A stretch of 64,000 nucleotides of DNA, from contig VJWM01000019.1 of assembly GCA_010909165.1 (NCBI GenBank), positions 1,116,001 through 1,180,000 of the forward strand, read 5' to 3'. Under the pieces are notes generated by a model. It was not told the origin of the DNA. It saw only the letters and a program-made list of their open reading frames with translations, and did not search any database. Each line of letters starts with the position of its first letter. The first letter of the stretch is position 1. The translations under genes and the position numbers were made by a program. Below are positions 1 through 11,864 of the stretch, one piece after another. This DNA is from Anthoceros angustus (lineage: Eukaryota > Plantae > Anthocerotophyta).

Positions 1-377
1 GACGACAACACAATGTCTTCATATATTGGCCTGCAAAAGTGCTGCTATTGACTACTCATACCTTTGTTTAGTTTGCGGGTACAACGAATCCCACAACCAC
101 AACGAACTCCCGGGAGTCCTGTGTAGGAGGAGAAGGTGGGTACCGTAATGGGCTTACCAAAAGAACGTCGGCATGTGGGCATCCTGGGCATCTTTTTATG
201 GTTTATCTGGAGCGAATCAGGATCATTGCTAGAAAAAAAAATGTGCCCAAACTTCCTAGTGGGGGCCAGCATGCCGGTGCCCTGAGCTTGTTCTTGCTGT
301 TTATGTGGAGCAAAATAAGATCAGCGCTGGGAGAAGAAATATGCCAAAACTTCCTAGTGGGCAACCAACTTAGAATA

Positions 378-587
378 TTATTCTACGCCATTAGATGGTA
401 AACATACCATCTTTATTCTACGCCATTAGATGGTAAACATACCATCTTTATTCTACGCCATTAGATGGTAAACATACCATCTTTATTCTACGCCATTAGA
501 TGGTAAACATACCATCTTTATTCTACGCCATTAGATGGTAAACATACCATCTTTATTCTACGCCATTAGATGGTAAACATACCATCT
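378..587. repeat. Perfect tandem array, 6 x 35 bp (TTATTCTACGCCATTAGATGGTAAACATACCATCT)
   Basis: Identical units start at 378, 413, 448, 483, 518 and 553. Each contains the hairpin AGATGGTA-aaca-TACCATCT. Confidence 0.95.
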
Positions 588-639
588 TGCCGAACACACT
601 ATAGACTTTGAACCATAACGCTATAGGGTAAGACGTCCT

Positions 640-1017
640 TCACTCCTTGCCTAACTTGACACCTCCACCTTCTCCATCTAGAAGAACTGAATCATCACTA
701 TCATCATCACTATCCATAGCTGTCGGGATCAGGGTTGAAGATGAGGACGGAGGGCACTAAATTTCTCTTTGATCACTTTTTGTCCGCCGCGTACAAACGT
801 TCCTGGAAATGAGCTGGAATCCATAGTACACGATGACTGTCTTATGAACCGACATCTTCTGAATATTGGATGGCTTGCACGCTTTAGCACCTTTGCTGGT
901 AGCAGGCAGTTCTCTGTCCTCCTAAGTCCTGACGAAGTATTCTCCGACATACTTTCCCTCGTAGGCATGAGTGTGCTCGGTTGGCCACCAGTGCACAAGC
1001 AAATAGGGGTCAGCGGC
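640..1017 (-). pseudogene. Possible degenerate terminal exon, probably TE-derived
   Basis: An acceptor-like CTTACAG near 1018 is followed by a minus-strand frame reading ADPYLLVHWWPTEH...TVIVYYGFQL...DSDDDSDD with in-frame stops. Family not recognised. Confidence 0.25.
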
Positions 1018-2340
1018 TGTAAGGTGCATGCACAAATTATCTAATTATTTAAAAAATTCATATACAAATAAAATAGATAAAAAATCATCTTACATTATGT
1101 ATTAGATATTGTCATGCATTAATGCTCTCCGCAGTATGTGAGGATAGAGACGCAGTGTCCTCCCTTCAAAGAGTGGCATCCACACTTGGGTTAATTAGAA
1201 GTCTAGAGTCAAGCATCCCAAGCAAGTGTCCTTGGGACGGATCAGTGCTTGGATGGGGTACCACCCATTCCCCAACTCCATGGCCTTGTAGGGCCACATG
1301 TTATAAATCATGCCTTCCTTTGTGCAGTGTGCGGGGCCGCCCGATTGTTAATGCCCTATGGGCCTACAGCCTAACATGTTATAAATCATGCCTTCGTCTG
1401 TGCAGTGTGCGGGGCCGCCGATTGTTAGTGCCCTACTCTAGATTAAAGTCCTAGTGCGAGACTTCGATGTACACTTTGATATATCTACATAAAGTCTCCA
1501 AATTCTCTAAAGAAAAAATATAGACACCGTTGCTATGAAGTTGGAAGGATCTTCAATGTACATTGAAATATCTATATTAAGTCTCCAAATTCTCAAAAAA
1601 CAAATCCAGACGCAGTCGCTATCGAAGTTGGAAGGATCTTGTAGTCAAATAATGTGTCGTATGGGGATCGTGGAGGGTGCGTCCAAATCATCGTGTGACA
1701 AAGAGGGAAAAGGCAATTGCCATTCATGATACTAGAACACTGTGCGGCTCTGCCAATATAAAGTTATCCACACTGGCTGTTCCCGTCGCGACATTCTAAA
1801 ATATTAAATCCCATTTGAAGTCACTGCCACGCTTCCCAAAACCAGTGCGTCCTCGGGAGATGGTCCACCGTCCCCTCGGCACCTCGGCACCTCTGCGGAA
1901 ACCCGTGCTTGGCTTCCTAGGGGCCACAGCCCGGAGCTGCGCAGCTGCAGTTTCCCCTTCCCCTGCCTCCGGAAATCAATTCCGCCTCCTCCTCACAACG
2001 CGCCGGGCTGCAGCTCCCGTCGACCATCTTTGCTGCGCGGGATCGCAGCTTGGACGGTCTGTGGACTGTGGAGTAGCTATTGAAGTAGGTCCTCCAAGGG
2101 GAAATCTTGCAATTGGTGGCCTCAGAGCCTGACACAGGTGCATGAAGCATGCAGTCCGCCGGCAGGGGGGTCTGAAATTGGTATTGTATCTCACTGCTTT
2201 CCTGCGTTGCTTACATGCGGTCTGTGTGTTTTGTGACTGGAATTTGTGAGATTTGATTGATCGGTTTGGGAGAATTTTCACAAATCGGTTTGCATGTGTG
2301 CAGAGAGCGAGTGGAGGGAGGAAAAGGAGGCACTGCCAGG

Positions 2341-3632
2341 ATGTATGATCCGCGTGTCTTCGGCGCACATCCGGGCCACCTCACCAAGCCGCGATCCAAA
2401 TCGGAGAGGCAGCGCAAGGAGGCTGGGAGCAAGGACAGGCAGCGCGCGGAGACTGGGAAGAAGGAGAGGCAGCGCCAAGAGACTGTGGGGAAGGAGAGAC
2501 AGCGCGAGGAGACTGTGAACGAGGAGAGGCAGCGCGAGGAGACTGTGAACGAGGAGAGGCAGCGCGAGGAGACTGTGAACTATGGCCGCTGGAGGAGTGA
2601 TCACGTTACAGCATGGAGTGGAAGAGCGACTTTCGTAGGGAAAATCACGCCAAACTACAGATCCGACAATCCGCCAGTTATTCCGTTCGCCTGGGAGGAA
2701 GCTCCGGGCAAGGCTAGGCTCCGTCATTGGGAAGAGGTCGACCAGGGGCCACTTAGGCGGAGGAAGGCGCATCGGGTGAAACTTGCTCGCAGATCTGTGT
2801 TTCTGATGTGCAGGGGGATAAGAGATATTGAGGGATCCGGCAAGGTTGCCTGCAGATCCTGCGAACATAGGGATGGACCAATTTTGCCCGAGACATGCAT
2901 GTTTCACGACAGGGTTACGTGTGACAGAGACAAGGCTGGCAAACCGCGGCTCTGGTGTAGCAATGCGTTAGCGGCCTCTGACGATGATCTTGAGGAGGAA
3001 CCTCTGAGACCGCCACCGAGGATTGCTAGGCTAAACGCGGAGTCCTTGAAGTCGTTGTGCATGCCTTCCGCGAGAGATGAAGATGAGTTGAAGCGTGTCC
3101 GAGGTAATCAGGATCTGAACCCTATGCAAGCTGTGCATTGTGCAAAGGGAATCCCTTCCTGTTGCAAACATCAGTACAAGCATTGTGAATGTGACGGCAT
3201 TGTTCATTGGCAGCTTCAGCCGGAAGCTTAAGGCAGGGTTCTGTTTTCCCTGTGAGCCCGACTACGCTCGACGGAACTCTGATGTGCAGAGGAAAGCAGC
3301 AACCAGCGAAACCTGGCAATCGTACAGGCACCTCGAAGACGGCCGACAAGCCAGTGAGGGGTATCGCTCGTTTCCTGCATCGCCGTGCGTCTTCGGGTCA
3401 AAGCGGTTCCCCTCTTCAGCTAGGTGAAAAGAAAGGGGGCCTACCAAGGAGAAGGTTTCCGGACTCTGTGTGTATTCCAAATTTAGGCTCTGTGGAGCAG
3501 GATGTGCATGATCCAGCAAGAATGGCTGGTAAAGTAAGCAATCTTCTGCAAAGCCAGAGCGTTTGGGACTATCCCAAAACTGCCCTCGTTCGAGTGGCCA
3601 CTTGTGATGTTCTTGGCTGCATGCCTCAATAA
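2341..3632 (+). CDS. DUF688-like plant protein, 2 exons (2341-3103, 3214-3632)
   Basis: IPFAWEEAPGKAR matches the DUF688 PFxWExxPG motif. A GT-AG intron at 3104-3213 joins the frame in phase to the downstream ORF carrying SPTTLDG. N-terminal 10-aa charged repeats. Confidence 0.65.
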
Positions 3633-3990
3633 CATTGTGTTCCATGTCCAAGCGTAGTAGGAAAGATTGTTAGATGTACATGACAGTGGGAATATCCCGC
3701 TGGGACTTTCTCAAAGCATCGGCTTTGAGGACGCTGGGACTTTCTCAAAGCATCGGCTTTGAGGAGTTGTCTCCTATATTCTGGAAGATCGGATGATTTT
3801 AGGGTAGTTCGTTTACCGTTATCGCCCATATTACGTTGAGTTGTGTGCATGACATTTGGCTCAAAAAGCGGATGAGGTAGATTGCGGTAAAGTTGGATTA
3901 AATTCTGGGTAAAAGTTTGGTGAAGTAACTTGAAACGTGATCCAGTCAGTGACTGTCTCGTGAAGTCGTGAGGCCCAGATTCCAGGAGCT

Positions 3991-5143
3991 ATGGCGTCGT
4001 TGGTGTGGCAGCAAAGCACGCTGCTTGCGGGCCACAGCCTGCAGAATGCGGCAGCAGCTCCGCTCTGTGCTGCAAATCCTCGATGCACCTTCTCCTGGAT
4101 CCTGCACCAGGTCAGCTGACTACCGGATTTGCGCTACTTCCTTGTGTCCTGAGATTTTGGATGGTTGATTCGCAATGCACTCGGTTACGGACTGTTTTTT
4201 GTTTTGCTGAGATCGCAGAGGAGCTCTTCATGGGTTGTGCGAGCAGCAGAGGAGCCGGCTCCAGTTGCGAAGCCGCCTCCCAAACCTTCGGCTAAGCCTG
4301 CCTTCAGCAGTGAGTGCATCGTTTCCGGGTAGGCTTTTGAGGCATTCCGTCTGCTGATGCCGATGCTTAGCACTGAATGCTCGTTTCCTTCGCTTGTCTG
4401 CAGTGAGCAAGGGTCAAATCGTGAGGGTTGATAAAGAGAAGTACCTCAACAGTGTTAACGTAAGTAAGGCTTTTGCTCAGAATCCTTGCCATGTCGCTGT
4501 CGTTTGAAGGTTGTGCTAGGTTAGCGATTTTCTGTCACGCCGTTGGGGTGACTGTCGTGACTGGATGCTGCAGTATCTCTCTGTAGGCCATCCACCCTAT
4601 TTCAAGGGCCTGGACTACATCTACGAAGATCGTGGGGAGGTTAGTATATGTCATTCTCTGCTGAAATGGATGTTTGCTGTGCCTTCCAGTTGTGAACCAG
4701 GAGCCTCTTCTGCCTGGCACTGTCATGCCGCGTTCGTTTGCTTTCATGTGGCTCTCAATGTGTTGGTAGGAGTATTTTGTGACCTTTTCACCTTTGGCCC
4801 ACAGGTTCTGGACATTAGGATTTTTGAGACAGGCGAATACGCTCTGGTAAGAGTCTCGAACACACCACTTGGTAGATCCCTAGAATGCTCGAAGCTGAAT
4901 GCTTGGAGATATCTGACCTTGTGTCGGTGACGAACCAGATAGCGTGGGCCGGTATCCCAACTTCACCTGCATGGCTTCCCACCGACATGCTGATCAAGGT
5001 ACGAGCTGGCCGCCTAGACTCTATCTGCAATTCCTGAGAATGGCTCGTCCTTTTCTTTGAGCAAGAGCAGCCACTCCGAAGTCTTGTTGACTGTCGTTTG
5101 TTTTGCCTTGCAGTCTGCCAAATTAAGCTACAAGCGGACGTGA
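3991..5143 (+). CDS. ndhO: Chloroplast NDH complex subunit O, 7 exons (3991-4110, 4219-4309, 4404-4459, 4574-4639, 4805-4846, 4939-4998, 5114-5143)
   Basis: Spliced product contains KGQIVRVDKEKYLNSVN-YLSVGHPPYFKGLDYIYEDRGE-VLDIRIFETGEYAL-IAWAGIPTSPAWLPTDMLIK, the plant NdhO core. All introns are GT-AG and in phase. Transit-peptide-like N-terminus. Confidence 0.92.
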
Positions 5144-8100
5144 CAGGATGATTCGTGTATATTGTACGTTGCCTACTGTATACCACTTAAATCTACATGC
5201 TTTCCATGGGAGCTCTGAACTACCGACTTCTCGCTGGGTCGGTGATCACTTTGGCACGACATCCTCTTGGCTTTTCATCCTTTATCCTTCCTTGCGATAC
5301 GAAACCCAGCATTGACAATGCCTGGAAACGTGCAAAATGGGACATTCCAGGGCCTCGAAGGAGATCTTGCATGACACTGGGTAATATGAACCAGTCTGCG
5401 GCCCTTGGTCACCTCACAGCCACCGGCCATTTCTTCCTTGATTTGAGTTCCCACTGAGTGCTCTCCATCCTGTCCTCCCTGCTCATGCGATGTGTGGCCC
5501 TCCAGACAGTGTGTGAGCCGTCATGGGGCGGTAGTGTGAAAGAAAAGCTGCACAGGGCTGTGCGAACGTAGCGGGGGATGCGGAAGGCAGTGATGTGAAC
5601 TCGCAGGGAAGGGTACGGTGCCGGACGTTCACGTATTGTGTTGGCGGCAGCGAATGCTTTGCTGTAGGAAAGTGTAAAAATGCACATGCCAACGCGCTTC
5701 CCCAAGCACCCTACGGCGCCTACACATGTATGGCCTGATGCGATGCAGGTGAGCTTGCCTTCCTTCATCCTCCTAGAAGCGCCAAGAAAGGATTCGTCAT
5801 GCTCTGTACTCTGGGAGGCAGAATATGGATATGACGATCCTCTGTTCCAACACATGAATGACACGAATGGCAAGAGCCTGATCAAAAGGAAAGTTGGTCT
5901 GGTTATCCTGCCAAGGTGTAGGAAGTGGCAGGAGCACTCAGGCTGCAAGCAAGCATGATTCGTACTAGCACGCTCTTTCCCACATGTACCCATTTTGCTG
6001 TACCAGGAATTCCACCTATGCAACATGTACTGGCACACTATCTGGAGCTACTGAGGGGACTGGTGGCCGTCGGCGGATGCCTTGGGCACTTCAATGGAAG
6101 GACGGCAGAGCTCACAGGCTGGTACATCCAGAGAGAGAAGAGGTGCAAATCATTGAGCTATGAGGAAGGCTTATCAGCCATGAGTGCACTCCAGAGGCCA
6201 TAGGACAATGAGACAGATGTGCATAGGGCTCACCTGACCCCCCATACTGGTGCCTGGTGGGGCCAAAGGATCTGTTGCCACCAAGAATACTTCTCTATTT
6301 GACTGCAGAGACGTTTGGTATTGCACCCAGGCAGCGTTTTGTACGGTCAGGGGAGTTGAGATGCCTGGTTAAGGTGACAGTGGACGCCGAGACCGATGCC
6401 GCAGTGGTTTAGCACAGAACATCCAGCTTGCAAACCCATTTCCCGGAGTGTAGTGAATAGTGATGAGCCAACAAGGGAAAACAAAAGAACGTCAGAGGGG
6501 TTTGTGTTGATCAAGAGCATCAGGAGGATGGACGAGTGAAAATCTGTGAAGCCAACCTGACGAGACGGCTGGCATGGCGGCGGGGCGGGCCAGTCTGTCA
6601 GCGCCCACTATTGCAAGTTGCGACAGTGCTGCTGGTGATGGGCTTCGCCTGGAGTAATTTACAGTAGAACCCTGTGGAGGATGCGAATCAGGATCGAGGG
6701 CTGGTCCAGAGGCTCCAGATCCAGAACTTGAAAGTTGATAGGGGCTTGGTGGTGAGTGAACAGAACGCGTGCCGGACCCTGGGGTGTCAGGGGCTGCTCT
6801 GCAGCAGGCATGTCCAGGCACTCTACTGCAGGAAAGGCGTCGGTGTCGCTTATACTCATCACTTTGACGGACGGAGCACCAAAAGCCATATCTGGGAAGC
6901 CTGTTTCCTGTTGACTTGGGCATCCGTGATCTTTGTTACGAGAAGCTGCGTTCCTGTGTGCGTAAGCCTGAAGGCCGTGATCCGTCTTTGTGCAGAGCTG
7001 TATGCTTGCATCTTATTGTTGTCCTTTTGGTTGCACCAGCACATGTCCCGTCACATGTGCAAGCCCAGGCTCCGTGCACTCGAGCTGACCCCCTTGATCA
7101 GGCTGCAGAAATCAAAGGCCAGCCCTCACTCTGGAGGCTGTTCATCGACAGGACGTGGCAGCAGGGAGGCTTGAACCTTGCCGTGCACAGTGCGGCTGTA
7201 GACAACAGGGAATGGACAGGAATCCTAACTGCATACAGTGAGTGGGATGTTCACTGTTTGCAGGCTGTCGGGAAGTGGAGTTCTACGTCACCGTGAAGGG
7301 GAAGGGTTGGGGTGCAGAGCTACGACCACTTCGCCTAATTCTTTGTCACCTTCCGGCGGGTGCCATCCCCACCTGGCCTGACCCCAAATCATGGCCGGGC
7401 ATGCGGCACCTGTTGCAATGATCCACATACACATGCTCCCTGGAAGAGGCGGAAGCTCACCACCTCTTGCCAGGCAGGCAGGTACAGCCTACAGGGTACA
7501 TATGTACCAAGTTGGATTCAGCTGATGGGTACCATCTCCTGTGGTCTATTCATGCAGTGGCGGGCTGGTGGACTGCAACTTTACAGGATGCAGCAAGTCG
7601 GTGGAGGAGTGGCACTGGAGTCGCAGTCCTTCCTGCTGGCAAAGCTTTCATCCCAGGCACATGTGGTGGGTCTATCACTACAGCCAGTGAACCACGATCC
7701 AAAGCACCCAACCACTAGTATGGTGAACACTGAACACCATCCCGCTCTCTCCTCAACCATGATCTGGATTGCATCACTGATACTCACACCGCTCAGGAAC
7801 CCCGTGCCCTGCGTGTCGATCTCAAAGGAATGCAGGCCGGGGAGTCTCAATGGAGTCCAATCCCTTCGCTTCCTTCCTCTCTTGCTTCCTGCGACAGGTG
7901 CCAGTGTCACCCTCATAGAAGTCCAGCAGGAAGACACTGGACACACGTCCCATGAGAGGCAGAAAGAGCTCCAACAAGCTACATACAGTATGTCGAAAGC
8001 CCAAACAAAGGTGGCTGTCAGCACTCACGTGCGCAAAGCCGTCAGAAGCCAAACCTTGTCACTTTCGCACAAACTCGCACATCCTGGCACCAAAACTGGC

Positions 8101-8949
8101 GTTCACACAAACACACCAACACCCAAATTTCGAACCTCGTCCTCCACTGCAGCCCGGGTTTTTCCATCTCTTTTTCATAATAAAGTCTCCATTTCCCGTT
8201 TCCTGCAGTTCAGGCATGAGCAGTTGCCATCAGCTGGGGTAGCTGTTGTGGTTGGCAGGCAGCTTCGGATCGGTAGCTCAGACATCTCGCACCAGACGCT
8301 GTTGCCTCCCCAGACTCCACCTCCACAACAGCATGTGAAAGGACATCACACATCGACATACATACATACATACATACATCATATATGTATGTACACCCCT
8401 TCTGACACCTGTACACTATTGCGAACACAAACTCCAGGCAGCAGAATGTCTGCCCTGGTTCAGAACTTGAAGCATCATCATCCATCCAGCTTGTGGGTTC
8501 ATCGTCTGTCCTTGAAATGCAAAACCACCCCGCCTTTCGTCCCCCTTTTCCTCCCCCTTTTTCCACATAACAAATGTTTCCAGCATTCCCCTACTTTGAG
8601 AAATAGGTCCATCCATCTGGAAGTACATACATACTCTGGAGGCCTGGCCTACTCCACGGCCACGGTCTCGATCACACACGACACACTTTTAAGACAAAGC
8701 GTGTGGCCGCGGCCTATTAAGATCCCGCACTGTTCGAAATTGTAGGGATGTTGCGGCTCCGAGGCAGCCGGTAACGGATCAAGCGAAGGTCTGCTGTCTG
8801 TTGTCTGCCCGCTCTCTGTCTGTGCAGTGGGTGTGGGATTCCCGTATGCCTCGCTTCTTTCCGCCAACACCGCCGCTTTCTCCTCTTCCACTTACAAAAC
8901 GCCCCCCGTTCGTCTCGAGACGTCTTCCTCTCGTCTCCTTCCTTTCTTT

Positions 8950-9066
8950 TCCTTCCCGCCCCGCTCGCCCGCCTTCCCGCTCGCCTCGCCTCGCCTCACC
9001 TGCTTCGCCCCGCCCCGCCCCGCCCCTCGCCCGCCGTCCCGTCCCGTCCGTCCCGTCCCGCCCCGC
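8950..9066. repeat. GC-rich pentamer simple repeat (CGCCC/CGTCC/CGCCT)n upstream of LAX-a
   Basis: Direct reading. The minus strand has runs such as GGGGCGGGGCGGGGCG. Confidence 0.75.
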
Positions 9067-9156
9067 CTTTCCGTTTGAACTCTGCTAATCGCTCTGACGT
9101 ACTCGGCATTGCGCAGCTGTTGTCCCGGACTGGGCGTCTGACAGCTTCCGGAAGCC

Positions 9157-11201
9157 ATGGGGCTGGAGGCGCGGCTGGTGAATTCCCAGCGCGCGCGGCC
9201 GACGAGGAGGAGGGGCTGGAGCTGCGGGAGCTGCGGCTGTCATCGGGCCAGGAGGATTCGTTCCTGGCCGGGACGTTCAGGAAGTATGTCTGGCACGGCG
9301 GCTCCACCTACGATGCCTGGTTCAGCTCGGCTTCCAATCAGGTGGAGTTCGGTCACCGGGGCCGGGTGGTGGGCAAGCCTGGACTGCAATTCCGTGCCTT
9401 GGTGACGTGTTTGTGTCTGTCTGGCGGGGCTGGCAGGTTGCGCAAGTTCTGCTCACGCTGCCCACCTCGTTTGCGCAAATGGGGCTGGCGTCCGGGGTCA
9501 CAGCCCAGCTGCTGTACGCCTTCTTGGGCTGCTGGGCGGCTTACCTCATGAATTCCCTCTACCTCGAGTACCGGAGCAGGAAGGAGAAGGAGTCTGACAA
9601 TTTCAAGAATCACGTCATCCAGGTGCTGTGGCTCGAGGGAGGGTGGGTTGTGAGATACGCCGCTGCTTGCTGGTTTTTTTTTGAGACTGAGGTTGTTGGG
9701 TTGCAGTGGTTCGAGGTGCTGGATGGGCTGTTGGGTCCCTACTGGAAGACGGTCAGCTTGTTCTTCAATGTCACGTTTCTTCTGTTCGGCTCTGTGATTC
9801 AGCTCATAGCCTGCGCCAGGTGATTGTCCGATTCTGTCGTGCTGCTGTCGATGCAATGCAGGATGATAATTTTGTGATGAGGATGAGGAGGCGCCTGACT
9901 GAATCCTCATGGGTGCAGCAATATCTACCTCATCAACGACAGCTTGGACAAGAGGACGTGGACGTACATCTTCGGGGCAGTTTGTGGGCTTACCGTCTTC
10001 ATCCCCACTTTTCACAACTACAGAATTTGGTCATTCCTAGGCATTGTCATGACAACGTACACAGCGTGGTATATTACCATCGGGTCGATCGTTCACGGAC
10101 AGGTTTCATCACATTACTCTCTTGTCGATGCGAGAAGCCGATTTGGGTGAGAGACAATTCTCATCGCCGCATGCCTGTTGATGCAGGTTCAGCCTACAAC
10201 CCATGTAGGGGCCCACGACAAGGAACTGTATTTCACTGGTGGCACCAACATTCTCTATACTTTCGGGGGACATGCAGCAACAGTGTGAGCGTATGCCTCT
10301 TGTGCAAATTCCCACAATGGTGGAAATTGGGCTTGCGGACTCATTTCCCTGGTTGCTGGTGACAGGGAGATTATGGATGCTATGTGGAAGCCGGCCAAGT
10401 TCAAGCTCGTCTACGTGTACGCGACGCTGTATGTGCTGACTCTGACCATACCTTCTGCCATCAGCGGATACTGGGCCTTCGGAGACAGGTTGCTGAAGCA
10501 AAACAACGTCCTCTACTTACTGCCTAGGACTCCCTGGCGTGATATGGCCGTCATTCTCATGCTCATCCATCAGGTAAGACCCGCTGCCAGGCTTCCTTGT
10601 GTCTGTCCATGGACGATGCTTGCCCACCTCTTGGTGCTCACAGCAGCTCCTGCCTTCTTCTCCGCCAGTTCATCACCTTCGGATTTGCCATCACTCCAGT
10701 TTACTTCGTGTGGGAGAAGATCATCGGGATTCATCGGACAGGAGGCCTTCTCCTGAAGGCCGTGGCAAGAATACCCGTTGTGCTGCCCGTGTGGTTTTTC
10801 GCCATCATCTTCCCCTTCTTCGGGCCAATCAATTCCGCAGTTGGAGCATTGCTCGTCACCGTCACCGTCTACATCATTCCTGCAGCGGCCCACATGATGG
10901 TGTTCCGCACTGATCAGGCTCGCAGGGTGAGTGCCCTGCAAGCTTGTCTGTTTTCTCGAAAGCTTAAAATTTACCAGATGAGTCTAATGGCGGACATCGT
11001 TTACAGAAAGCGGTGGCGAAGCCTCCCTTCTTCTTTCCAAGCTGGACCGTCGTCTACCTCATCAATGCATTCGTCATTGTATGGATTGCGGTAATTGGAG
11101 TGGGCTGGGGAGGATGGGCAAGCGTGAAGCATTTTGTGTCGCTGGTGTCAACGTTCGGCGTATTCGACAAGTGCTTTCAATGTCCGCCCAAAGCCCACTA
11201 A
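9157..11201 (+). CDS. LAX: AUX1/LAX auxin influx carrier (LAX-a, canonical type), 8 exons; apparent 1-nt frameshift just after the ATG
   Basis: Motifs WHGGSTYDAWFSSASNQ|VAQVLLTLP, NHVIQ|WFEVLDGLLG, DKRTWTYIFG, YTFGGHA, MDAMWKP, FITFGFA, PFFGPINSAVG, CFQC. Approximate exons 9157-9341, 9437-9622, 9707-9819, 9918-10102, 10186-10284, 10365-10573, 10669-10926, 11007-11201. Confidence 0.92.
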
Positions 11202-11864
11202 GGCATCCACATATTTGTGCTGGAATTGATGCCAGCTCCCTTTCTCGACGTCCTGCTTGCTGAATTTATCTGTCCATCTTTCGAAAGCGCTTCTGCTCAA
11301 TCGTTGAGTCTGAAGGCATGACATTATCCCTACAGGACGAAACTTTGGGAGATTGCAAATGCAGCATTGTTTATTGCAAATATGGAATTGCTTTTCCTAC
11401 CGTACAACGCGGCATGAACCTGCCTGCCCAAAAAGATACCCTACAGATCTGGCTACCTACTCAACGGGCCGAATAACAATAGATTAACGCACCAGGGCTA
11501 TAAAGTTCGGTCCCGGTCAGAAGTCCCATATGAATCGACCCTTATGTTTGCTAGCTTTGAGGTGGAAAAGATGGACAAAACTTGGCTGGTATCAGAACGC
11601 AAAGACGGTGTTACAATTGCCCATTTCGAGCCCTGAACAGCCAGGTTAGGCAACGACCTGAATCAGGTCAACAATCACATTGTTGACAAGAATCTGAGCA
11701 ACCAATCGTCAAGCTTGCAAATGGCAAGGCAAAAAAAGAGAACCAAGGGAAAAACAGTATCTCAAGGAAAGGCTGGTGTGCATGAACCCACGACAAAATA
11801 CGTGCTCCATAACCCCACACGGAGGAGACGTACCATGCCGCAAGTTGCAAAGAAGCGCTGGCAT

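Noticed and set aside
378-587. CRISPR-like array (35-bp palindromic repeat)
   Set aside because: The units are contiguous with no spacers, there are no cas genes, and the context is eukaryotic.
7360-8745. 461-aa plus-strand ORF
   Set aside because: GTG start, no recognisable motifs, and it runs through simple repeats (CATA)n. Probably a chance or antisense frame.
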